From Ignavibacteria bacterium (GTDB taxonomy: Bacteria; Bacteroidota; Ignavibacteria; Ignavibacteriales; Ignavibacteriaceae): a DNA stretch of 64,000 nucleotides. Within the stretch, counting starts at the first letter, position 1, and each line of letters begins with the position of its first letter. Under the pieces are notes generated by a model. That model was not told the origin of the DNA. It did not search any database and saw nothing but the letters and a program-made list of their open reading frames with translations. Positions 30,148-38,547 of the stretch are shown piece after piece. The position numbers and the translations under genes are program-made. The DNA is taken from contig JAFLBV010000003.1 of assembly GCA_017302895.1 (NCBI GenBank), forward strand, positions 71,115-135,114, given 5' to 3'.

Positions 30148-30295
30148 TCATCCTTCAACCCTCTGCCCTCCTCATTCATCCTTCAGCCCTCTGCCATCTT
30201 TTTTCAGCCTTCAGCCCTCTGCCATCTTTTTTCAGCCTTCAGCCCTCTGCCATCTTTTTTCAGCCTTCAGCCCTCTGCCCTCCGCTTTCTGCCTT
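30148..30295. repeat. Tandem repeat, 28-bp period, 5 copies (3 central copies identical)
   Basis: Core CCTTCA(A/G)CCCTCTGCC starts at 30152, 30180, 30208, 30236 and 30264. The units at 30180, 30208 and 30236 are identical (CCTTCAGCCCTCTGCCATCTTTTTTCAG). Confidence 0.95.
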
Positions 30296-30378
30296 TTAAA
30301 AATGAACGGCAATCCTTTGATATTAGCTTGGTTATCCGTAACTTTATATGATACATATTTGGATAAAAGGTTTTCGAA

Positions 30379-32577
30379 ATGCGGCTACACTATTTTATAT
30401 TTTTTCTTACAATTGTTACTGTTTCAGCGTTTTCTCAGAATTTTGCGGGAAAGAAATTTGCTCTCGATCCGGGACACGGAAGTCCGAGGAATGCAACCTG
30501 CGAACCCGAGACCAAAAGGTTTGAAACATATGTAAACCATATCGTGATGCCCTATCTTAAAAGATACTTGCAACGGGATGGTGCGACGGTTTTTTCGACA
30601 AGAGGTGATTTCGATTCGCTCGGTGCATGCATGACACTCTCAGAAAGGGAGGCTGTAGCAAACAACAATAATGTCGATTTTTTCCACTCCATTCACCATA
30701 ACGCCTTTCAAGGGACGAGCAATTACTCTCTTGTTCTGTTCGAACAGTTGAATAATACTGTTTGCCCCAACGGAAATCCACAATGGCCCGGAACTGCGGA
30801 CAGCATGTCGATTTATATGGCAGCAGAACTTTATGCGGGACTTCAAACAACCGTTGGTTACCCCCGGGGTGACTATTGCTTCCTTGGCTACAATTTGGGT
30901 GTACTTAATGACCTGGCAATGCCGGGGGTACTCAGTGAGGGTTCATTTTTCGATTTCCCTGCAGAAGCGGCAAGACTCGCTAATCTTGACTATCTGATGA
31001 CTGAGGCTGAAGCACTCTACCTGTCTTACCTGAAATATTACAAAAAGCCACTTCCTTCACATGGAAGTCTTGTCGGAATTGTTACAAATCTGACTACAGG
31101 CAATCCTGTAAAAGGGGTAAGAGTAGTCCTCACCTCACTAAATAAAACATATCAGATTGATTCTCTCGGAAACGGTTTTTACAGATTCGATTCTCTCGCA
31201 CCCGGTACCTACCCGGTCTCGGTTTATTCAAATCTTGATACAACAAATACGACCGTAACAATTACCGCCGGTAAAATTAACAAAAAAAATCTCCTCAGCG
31301 GTTCTGCCGATGCTCCTCCGATTGTGAAATTATTGTCTGTTACTGCATCTGAGGGCGCTCTTAATCTGAGATGGGAACAACCCGCTGGACTCGTGGATTC
31401 GATCATGATTTACCTCTCAGAGACAGGTGCCATCCCCACAGGAAGCCCTTACAAGACAATAGCGGGGAATGTTACCACCCATATCCTTTCGGGACTAACG
31501 GCCAACCAGACTTATTATGTTGCCCTTAAAGCCAAAAATCTCTTCGGTATCAGTCCGGCAATCTCAAAAGTTTATGGAGCTCTCACCACCGGAAGTGGTG
31601 ACCAGGTATTACTGGTTGACGGATTCAACCGTTATGGCGGCTCCGGAAGCTGGCAGCAACCTTACCACAATTTCACTTCCTATTACGGTGAAATTTTGGG
31701 TGAGTCTCTGCTCAGGTTTTCCACTGTCTCCAATATGGCTATTACCTCTTCCTCTCAAATAAAGCCATTTAAGTATCTTTTCTGGCTTTTAGGTGATGAA
31801 TCGACCCTCGATGAAACTTTCTCCACAACTGAACAAACATTTGTGAAGGAATACCTTCAAAACGGCGGAAAACTTTTCGTTACCGGTTCTGAAGTGGCAT
31901 GGGATCTCGACAGTCGTGGCACGACCACCGACAAGGAATTTTTTAATCAGTTTCTGAAAGCTTCTTATGTAGCTGACAACCCGACCCCCAATACACCTTC
32001 AGCATCGGGTGTTCCGGGTACTTTTACTGATGGTTTTTCTGCAACTTTTGGAGTGACATATCCTGAAGATTGGCCCGATGTTATTGCCCCGCTTAATGGC
32101 AGCACATCAATTCTTAGATATAATGCCACTCAAAATGCAGCCGTGGCTTTTGATGGTATGTTTCCTTCAGGAACAAACCCGGGTAAACTTGTTTATGTGG
32201 CTTTTACCGTGGAAACCATCGGCGATGCAACCAAGCGGAAAGCGCTCGTGGACAAGATTATGGGATACTTTGGCGGTTTTGTTTCAGTGGATGATTTGGC
32301 TGATGGCTTGCTCCCCGGTTCATTTTCAATGACAGTACATCCGAACCCTTTCAATCCATCGACAAAACTGACGGTGAATCTTCCAGAAGAAGGTCTCTAC
32401 AAGATCAAACTCTTTGATATTCTTGGCAGAGAAATTCAAACTCTTTATGATGGGTCTCTTGTCAGAGGTTCACATTCTTACAATGTGGAAATGAACAATT
32501 TCCCCTCCGGAACTTATTTTATCCATGTTTCGGGAAATAATGTGAATTCTGTTCAAAAGATTTTACTCCTTAAATAA
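30379..32577 (+). CDS. Multidomain secreted MurNAc-L-Ala amidase with T9SS C-terminal sorting domain
   Basis: Signal peptide, then Amidase_3 motifs FALDPGHGS and FFHSIHHNAF. A CarboxypepD_reg-like segment follows (GSLVGIVTNLTTGNPVKGVRVVL...GTYPVSV), then an FN3-like segment. The T9SS CTD reads VHPNPFNPSTKLTVNLP...GTYFIHVSGNNVNSVQKILLLK. Confidence 0.8.
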   Translation: MRLHYFIFFLTIVTVSAFSQNFAGKKFALDPGHGSPRNATCEPETKRFETYVNHIVMPYLKRYLQRDGATVFSTRGDFDSLGACMTLSEREAVANNNNVDFFHSIHHNAFQGTSNYSLVLFEQLNNTVCPNGNPQWPGTADSMSIYMAAELYAGLQTTVGYPRGDYCFLGYNLGVLNDLAMPGVLSEGSFFDFPAEAARLANLDYLMTEAEALYLSYLKYYKKPLPSHGSLVGIVTNLTTGNPVKGVRVVLTSLNKTYQIDSLGNGFYRFDSLAPGTYPVSVYSNLDTTNTTVTITAGKINKKNLLSGSADAPPIVKLLSVTASEGALNLRWEQPAGLVDSIMIYLSETGAIPTGSPYKTIAGNVTTHILSGLTANQTYYVALKAKNLFGISPAISKVYGALTTGSGDQVLLVDGFNRYGGSGSWQQPYHNFTSYYGEILGESLLRFSTVSNMAITSSSQIKPFKYLFWLLGDESTLDETFSTTEQTFVKEYLQNGGKLFVTGSEVAWDLDSRGTTTDKEFFNQFLKASYVADNPTPNTPSASGVPGTFTDGFSATFGVTYPEDWPDVIAPLNGSTSILRYNATQNAAVAFDGMFPSGTNPGKLVYVAFTVETIGDATKRKALVDKIMGYFGGFVSVDDLADGLLPGSFSMTVHPNPFNPSTKLTVNLPEEGLYKIKLFDILGREIQTLYDGSLVRGSHSYNVEMNNFPSGTYFIHVSGNNVNSVQKILLLK

Positions 32578-32591
32578 GTCCGGAAATTAAA

Positions 32592-33521
32592 ATGAAAAAA
32601 ATATTATTTATAACTCTTATTTCAGCAACACTTTTGTTAGGCCAGGGTATTTCGGTGACGATGAACCCGGTGCTCCTGACAAATGGTGATGCCCTGTATT
32701 CACTCGGAAAACTCTCTCCTGACGGGAAATACGCACTCTTGTCGGGAAAAGGATATACAAAAATTGAACTCCTTGAAATCCCGACAGGGAAATCGAAGAT
32801 TATCACCGAGAATTCCCCCGGATCCGGTTGGGGTATGAGGTGGAACCGCGACAGCAAGAGATTCCTGTTTAAAATAAATGACAATTCTAACCCTGACAAG
32901 AAGACCATTTCTCTCTTCGAGTATAACGATGGAAAAGGATTGTCACAAATTGCCGGGCTGGATCCTGAATCGAACAATCTTTTCTTCTACACTCTTCTGG
33001 GAGATGGAATTTCAACCGAGGGGAAAAACGGGACCACCCAAATTTTGCGGAAATCAAACAGCGCAGATGATGTTTCTTATTCACTAAATGATGGAAAACT
33101 CACCGTCATTGACCCTTCAGGTAAATTGAAACAGGGAGCAACAGAACAGATTTCATTAAAAGAAAAAGTCCTCTTCGCAGAGTGGTCACCTTCGGGGAAA
33201 AGACTTGCTGTTCACTCAGCAGGCAATGGCATCTTTGTTTTTGATTTTGAAACAGGGAAAGAGTATAATTTCCCGAAAAGCGAATATCCTTCCTGGATAA
33301 ACGATGATTATCTTGTCTATATGATGACCGAAGACGACGGATACACCCTGCTGAACAGTGAGGTTGTAGTTGCCAGGTTCGACAGGAGCGAGTCGTCAAT
33401 TGTTACAAAGGACTTTATGGCCCCTGCTCTCTTTCCTTCGGCCTCGGGCGACGGAACGATTATATTTACAGCCAGTGATCATAAGATATATGTTACCAAA
33501 GTTGAATTTTATAAGAATTAA
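32592..33521 (+). CDS. Secreted TolB/PD40-like beta-propeller protein, function unknown
   Basis: Signal peptide plus repeated SPDGKYALLSG, WSPSGKRLAVHS and SASGDGTIIFTAS motifs. Confidence 0.55.
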   Translation: MKKILFITLISATLLLGQGISVTMNPVLLTNGDALYSLGKLSPDGKYALLSGKGYTKIELLEIPTGKSKIITENSPGSGWGMRWNRDSKRFLFKINDNSNPDKKTISLFEYNDGKGLSQIAGLDPESNNLFFYTLLGDGISTEGKNGTTQILRKSNSADDVSYSLNDGKLTVIDPSGKLKQGATEQISLKEKVLFAEWSPSGKRLAVHSAGNGIFVFDFETGKEYNFPKSEYPSWINDDYLVYMMTEDDGYTLLNSEVVVARFDRSESSIVTKDFMAPALFPSASGDGTIIFTASDHKIYVTKVEFYKN

Positions 33522-33597
33522 AATGAACTATTTTTTGTATTTTTACATTAATAATTCCCGGTAATCATTTCAATTAAATGCGAGGCACAAGCAGTTA

Positions 33598-35427
33598 ATG
33601 GGACCTTCAAGAAATTTTAAAACAATCCCTGAACTTTTCAGAATTCTTGTAGATGACTATGGCAAAGACCCTTCAAAGGTTATGCTGAAGCATAAAGTCG
33701 GCAAAGAATATGTGGATATCACTTATCAGCAGGTCAAGTCGGAAGTGGAACTGATGGCCCACGGTTTTCTCTCGATTGGAGTAAAAGAGGGCGACAAAAT
33801 TGTCCTTCTTGCAGAAAACCGTCCTGAATGGATGATGCTCGATTTTGCCATACTTGGAATTGGTGCTGTGGATGTCCCCCTCTATCCCTCACTTACTCCA
33901 AATGATATCGGTTTTATAGTTAACAATTCTGAAGCCAAGGTTGTAGTCGTTTCCAATAAACTGTTGCTCTCGAAGTATCTGAAAGTAAAAGATCAATGCC
34001 CGAGTGTCGAGAACATAATTGTGATTAACGAAAAGGATGCGGATGATTCGATCTCCGGTCTCTACTCCCTCAAACAACTGCAAAAAAGGGGTGAAGAACA
34101 CAGGAAATTCAGTCCGGGTCAGTTCGTCGAAATGAATTCCCGTGTGAAAGAGTATGACCTGTGTACTATAATCTACACTTCCGGAACCACCGGTGAACCT
34201 AAAGGCGTGCTTCTCACCCACCACAATATCATTTCCAATGTCCTCGCTGCCCTGGAAGTGATTGCGGTAACTCCTACCGAAGTTTTTCTTTCTTTCCTTC
34301 CTCTCTGCCACATTTTTGAGAGGATGGCGGGGTTTTATCTCGCTCTCGCGTCGGGAAGCCAGGTGGCGTTCGCTCAAAGTATCGAAACGGTCCCCCAGAA
34401 CATGGTGGAAGTGCGACCAACTCTCATGACCGCTGTGCCCAGACTTTTTGAGAGATTCCATGCCCGTGTGATGAAAACTGTTGAAAGTGGATCAGAGAAA
34501 AAACAACAAATTTTCCATTGGGGACTTCAAGTCGGAAAAGATTATGTCAAAGCAAAAAAAGCCGGCAAGATACCAATGGCTCTTAAATTGAAGCATAAAG
34601 CGGCTGATGCTCTCGTGCTTAAGAAAATCAGGGAGAGAACCGGAGGCAGGTTGAAGTTCTTTGTCTCAGGCGGAGCAGCTCTTCCCGGACCAATCGGTGA
34701 ATTTTTTGAAGCTCTTGGGATATTGATTCTCGAAGGTTACGGACTTACAGAGTCTTCCCCTGTGATAGCAGTAAACAGAGTTGAAGCATACAAATTCGGC
34801 GCCGTTGGTAAAATTATTCCCGGTGTACAGGTTAAGATAGTTAAGGAACATCCTGAAGATCATGATGGTGAAATTCTTGCAAAGGGACCAAACATCATGC
34901 AGGGTTACTACAAACTCCCGCACGAAACTGCCGAGACCATAAAGGATGGCTGGCTCCACACCGGCGATATCGGCTACATCGATGCCGATGGATTCCTCCT
35001 GATCACCGACCGGAAAAAGAATCTTTTCAAAACCTCGGGTGGAAAATATGTTGCCCCGACACCAATCGAAAATCTTTTCCTCGCCAACAAATATGTCGAA
35101 CAGTTTGTTCTAATCGGTGATAAACGAACTTTCCTAAGCGCACTGATTGTACCCGATTATGATAATCTTAAGGATTTCGCAAAAGCCAATAATGTCGAAT
35201 ATGTGGATATCCCGGATTTAATTAAGAAAAAGGAAATCATTCAGCTCTACGAAAAAGAAATCGTAAACATTCAGAAACCTCTCGCGAGCTATGAAAAAGT
35301 GAGAAAATTCGCCTTGATGGAAAGAGCTTTTACGATCGAAGATGGAGAGATGACACCTTCAATGAAAATCAAAAGAAAGATTGTCGAAAAGAAGTACGCC
35401 GAGGAAATTGAAAGAATGTACGCATAG
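33598..35427 (+). CDS. Long-chain fatty acid-CoA ligase (AMP-forming)
   Basis: 609 aa. Motifs are the AMP-binding IIYTSGTTGEPKGVLLTHHN, EGYGLTESSP and TGDIGYIDADGFLLITDRKK. Confidence 0.88.
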   Translation: MGPSRNFKTIPELFRILVDDYGKDPSKVMLKHKVGKEYVDITYQQVKSEVELMAHGFLSIGVKEGDKIVLLAENRPEWMMLDFAILGIGAVDVPLYPSLTPNDIGFIVNNSEAKVVVVSNKLLLSKYLKVKDQCPSVENIIVINEKDADDSISGLYSLKQLQKRGEEHRKFSPGQFVEMNSRVKEYDLCTIIYTSGTTGEPKGVLLTHHNIISNVLAALEVIAVTPTEVFLSFLPLCHIFERMAGFYLALASGSQVAFAQSIETVPQNMVEVRPTLMTAVPRLFERFHARVMKTVESGSEKKQQIFHWGLQVGKDYVKAKKAGKIPMALKLKHKAADALVLKKIRERTGGRLKFFVSGGAALPGPIGEFFEALGILILEGYGLTESSPVIAVNRVEAYKFGAVGKIIPGVQVKIVKEHPEDHDGEILAKGPNIMQGYYKLPHETAETIKDGWLHTGDIGYIDADGFLLITDRKKNLFKTSGGKYVAPTPIENLFLANKYVEQFVLIGDKRTFLSALIVPDYDNLKDFAKANNVEYVDIPDLIKKKEIIQLYEKEIVNIQKPLASYEKVRKFALMERAFTIEDGEMTPSMKIKRKIVEKKYAEEIERMYA

Positions 35428-35448
35428 ATTTGCTTCTCAGGAATAAAA

Positions 35449-35940
35449 TTGAGACGCACTAAAGAATACTGGATCGAGAAACTTCATTTGAAGCCACATC
35501 CTGAAGGAGGTTTCTATGGTGAAACATACCGTTCTGAAGAGGAGATTGAGAAATCTGCCCTTCCCGAAAGGTATGGCAGCAACAGATCATTTTCGACTCA
35601 GATATACTTCATGCTCGTGTCGGGAAATTTCTCCGCATTCCATAAAGTAAACTCAGACGAGACATGGCATTTCTATGACGGTTCTACTGTGCTGTTGCAC
35701 TGCCTCCACCCGGATAAAGGAGTTATAACAACAATGCTCGGACTTGAAGACGGTGCCGAACCACAGTTTACTGTAACTCGAGACATATGGTTCGCTGCAG
35801 AGGTTGCAGATGGCGGTGATTTTTCTCTGGTTGGTTGCTCGGTTGCGCCCGGTTTCGATTTTAATGATTTCCAACTGGCGGATAAGGATGCCCTCTATTC
35901 GCAATTCCCTCTTGATATCGTGCAGAGACTCTGCCGTTAG
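35449..35940 (+). CDS. Cupin-fold protein, DUF985 family
   Basis: KLHLKPHPEGGFYGETYRS is the family hallmark. TTG start as in the ORF track. Confidence 0.7.
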   Translation: MRRTKEYWIEKLHLKPHPEGGFYGETYRSEEEIEKSALPERYGSNRSFSTQIYFMLVSGNFSAFHKVNSDETWHFYDGSTVLLHCLHPDKGVITTMLGLEDGAEPQFTVTRDIWFAAEVADGGDFSLVGCSVAPGFDFNDFQLADKDALYSQFPLDIVQRLCR

Positions 35941-35976
35941 AATACTCAACGGACTTCAAACAGTTCTTTAAAATGG

Positions 35977-36009
35977 AAAAGGCTGTCTCATTGCGGGACA
36001 GCCTTTTTT
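35977..36009. terminator. Bidirectional intrinsic terminator between convergent genes
   Basis: GGCTGTCTC (35981-35989) pairs with GCGGGACAGCC (to 36003). It is flanked by AAAA upstream and TTTTTT downstream. Confidence 0.8.
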
Positions 36010-36025
36010 AATATTTGAGCAGAAA

Positions 36026-36745
36026 TCAATGTTTCAGTTTATGTACAAGATCAAGTTCGATTGCCTCTTCTGAATAAAAAGCCTCGCCGTAATCTTTCCC
36101 GATTCTGAATCCATACAATTTTGATCTTGATTCAATGAAGTCGAGAAAACCTTGTTTGCTGATAAATGTCTCAGGCTCTTTGTTTTTGGGGTCAAAAAAC
36201 TGACTCGAGAACGCCTTTACAGATTTCATCTTTGTATCAAAGTATCCTGAAATATCAACTATAAACGAAGGCTCAAACTCATAAGTCTGCATGTAATAAT
36301 AGAGAGCCGAAGGTCTGTAAGATGGTTGCATATGTTCATTTTCGAATGTGTGGATTTTTCCAACACCTGAATAGAAATATGCCTGTTTTGCGAGCTGACT
36401 CACTGCGATATGATCAGGATGCCTGTCATTAAAGTATGGCGCAAAAATAACTTTAGGCTTGTATTTTCTGATCGCATGAATAAACTTCAGCAGATTTTCG
36501 CGATTAACCTGTATCTCACCATCAGGAATGTTAAAATTGTCTCTAAACTCAGCTTTCAAAACAATTCCTGCCTGAATGGCTTCGTGTTGTCTGATCTCGG
36601 CAGAACCACGGGTTCCCAGCTCACCCCTCGTACAGTCAATTATTCCAACCTTCATCCCGTGTGATGCAAGTTTGGCGATGGTACCACCCATTGAGAGTTC
36701 GGCATCATCCGGATGTGCAGCAAAAACTATAACATCAATCTTCAT
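36026..36745 (-). CDS. bshB1: Bacillithiol biosynthesis deacetylase BshB1 (LmbE/PIG-L family)
   Basis: VFAAHPDDAELSMGGTIAKL and TRGELGTRGSAEIR match the BshB1 N-terminus. Confidence 0.8.
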   Translation of the reverse strand: MKIDVIVFAAHPDDAELSMGGTIAKLASHGMKVGIIDCTRGELGTRGSAEIRQHEAIQAGIVLKAEFRDNFNIPDGEIQVNRENLLKFIHAIRKYKPKVIFAPYFNDRHPDHIAVSQLAKQAYFYSGVGKIHTFENEHMQPSYRPSALYYYMQTYEFEPSFIVDISGYFDTKMKSVKAFSSQFFDPKNKEPETFISKQGFLDFIESRSKLYGFRIGKDYGEAFYSEEAIELDLVHKLKH

Positions 36746-36755
36746 CTTTATTGCC

Positions 36756-37442
36756 TTATTCGACTATCGACATGTAACGGTCAACTTCAGGGATAACGGT
36801 CGACTTTGCATAATCGGTTTTTAAAGTAATAAGTATATCTTTTGCTTTTTCTTTATTGTTCATTTCTATGTAAACAATTGCAGCATTCAAAAGATATTGT
36901 GCGTTCATCGGATTGTCTTTTGAGAAACTTGCTGCCTTCTCATAACCTTCAACGGCTTTTTCATATTCTTTTTTCATTTCATAATAGCCGGCTTTGCCAA
37001 CTTCAGCAGCAGCTTTGAAAATCGGGTTGCTGCCGGAATAGTCATCGTAATATTTGAAAGCTTCTTCCTGTTTGCCAAGGTAGCTGTATGCGTTCGCAGC
37101 ATAAATTTTTGCAGCCTCACCATTCTCTGTTCCGGAATAATCTTCGGCTATTTTTTTCAAACCGATAATTTTCTTTGCGGGATCACCGTCAATTGCCTGA
37201 AGATACGCACCTGATTCATACTGCGAAAGAACAAGCGTAAGAGCTGTTCCTGCAGCTTCATCATTCTGCTTTTTGTTAATTCCATAAAACACGATAGCTG
37301 CTATTATTATAACAAATGCAGCCAGACCGCCGAAAACAATCTTTTTATTCTCTTCGTACCAGCCGAGAACACGGTAATACAGTTCTACCGATGCTTCTCT
37401 CTTGATTTCTTTTTGTTTAAATTTGCTGACAGGTTTAGCCAT
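36756..37442 (-). CDS. Membrane-anchored TPR-like protein (YfgM-like)
   Basis: One N-terminal TM helix (FGGLAAFVIIIAAIVFYGI) followed by TPR-like helices. Confidence 0.6.
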   Translation of the reverse strand: MAKPVSKFKQKEIKREASVELYYRVLGWYEENKKIVFGGLAAFVIIIAAIVFYGINKKQNDEAAGTALTLVLSQYESGAYLQAIDGDPAKKIIGLKKIAEDYSGTENGEAAKIYAANAYSYLGKQEEAFKYYDDYSGSNPIFKAAAEVGKAGYYEMKKEYEKAVEGYEKAASFSKDNPMNAQYLLNAAIVYIEMNNKEKAKDILITLKTDYAKSTVIPEVDRYMSIVE

Positions 37443-37497
37443 TATTAACCTTTCTAAATTCTAAAAATTGCGAATAACAAAGATAACCGTAATTTCT

Positions 37498-38547
37498 TTA
37501 AATTCCTACACGAATATGGTTTGAAAATATCCATCCTCTCCCCCCATGATAAACTTCAACCCTGTAAACCCCTTTTTCATAAACAACAAACTCAATATCA
37601 CTGCCTGTAGTCTCATCAATCACCCTGCCATTATGAACAAGTTTCATCACAGCGAGCTGAGCAGGCACGAGAACCCGCAGATTGATTTTTTCGCCATGCG
37701 GAACCGTGTCACCCATATTGTATGTTTGACCTCCGGCATCCGCAAAAAACCTGAACCCAGTCGCATCACCGTGATAGTAATTCGCAACGAAACTTCTTCC
37801 TTCTTTTAGTGCTTCAAGTATCAGTTTTTGATAATGTTTCTGAACCGCAGGGTCATCGGTCGGATACATGCGTTCAGGAAGTATCACATATGTCCTGATC
37901 GATTTATAAAGTACTTTGTAGGGGAAAACCTCCACTTCAAAAAATCCGAGCAGATTCACCCGGTGGGCATGTGCATCTATTCCACCAATGGCTGTGACTT
38001 TCCGCTTCAGGTTCAGTCTGTCCCAGACCTCGAGTGTTTCCTCCGCAGGTCGGTCAATTGTTCTGAGTGGATGTACAAAAGAATTGTATTTATTCTGCTC
38101 GGTGAGGTTTTCCATCCACTCCGACATGTGGTTCCAAATCTCAATTCCGGTGAAATCTGAAATTTCCCAGTCAGTCCAAGGATAAGGAGGGTGCTCTTCC
38201 ATTGAGTCCCGCTTTTCGTGCGGGTGTGCCAAAAACCCGATTCCACCGGCATCATTAACAGCTTTTACATACTGTGCTGCCGGCATTCTTGTGGAGAAGG
38301 TTTTATCAACTCCAAAAGCGAGGTAGTGATTCTTATTCTCTTTATCATTTATCTCGCATCCCACAATAAGAAGTGTCTTGCCATAAAATCCCTCGTAACC
38401 TTCATCTTTCGCTCTTAGAGTGTTGTGATCGGTGAGAATTATGAAGTCGAGCCCCGATTCATTGGCGAGGTTCGCTATTTCACGAACTTCGCCCGAACCG
38501 TCTGAAAATTTTGAATGTATATGCAGGGATCCTGAATAAACAAACAT
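37498..38547 (-). CDS. PHP-domain metallohydrolase (CehA/McbA-like)
   Basis: SLHIHSKFSDGSG, FIILTDHN and GGIDAHAH. Its start codon directly abuts the stop of the upstream aldehyde dehydrogenase gene. Confidence 0.7.
   Translation of the reverse strand: MFVYSGSLHIHSKFSDGSGEVREIANLANESGLDFIILTDHNTLRAKDEGYEGFYGKTLLIVGCEINDKENKNHYLAFGVDKTFSTRMPAAQYVKAVNDAGGIGFLAHPHEKRDSMEEHPPYPWTDWEISDFTGIEIWNHMSEWMENLTEQNKYNSFVHPLRTIDRPAEETLEVWDRLNLKRKVTAIGGIDAHAHRVNLLGFFEVEVFPYKVLYKSIRTYVILPERMYPTDDPAVQKHYQKLILEALKEGRSFVANYYHGDATGFRFFADAGGQTYNMGDTVPHGEKINLRVLVPAQLAVMKLVHNGRVIDETTGSDIEFVVYEKGVYRVEVYHGGRGWIFSNHIRVGI

Noticed and set aside
30184-30270. Repeated mini-ORF ATGGCAGAGGGCTGA (MAEG-stop) on the minus strand of the 28-bp repeat
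   Set aside because: At four codons with no ribosome-binding context, it is almost certainly a by-product of the repeat sequence.
30148-30295. Possible CRISPR array (also considered for 55831-55905, 57079-57193 and 62864-63048)
   Set aside because: The repeat units are contiguous or separated by only 6 nt. There are no unique spacers of 25-40 nt and no cas genes in the window.
30302-30535. 77-aa ORF overlapping the start of the T9SS amidase gene
   Set aside because: It is out of frame with, and overlapped by, the 732-aa ORF that has a signal peptide and amidase motifs. The short ORF has no recognisable features.
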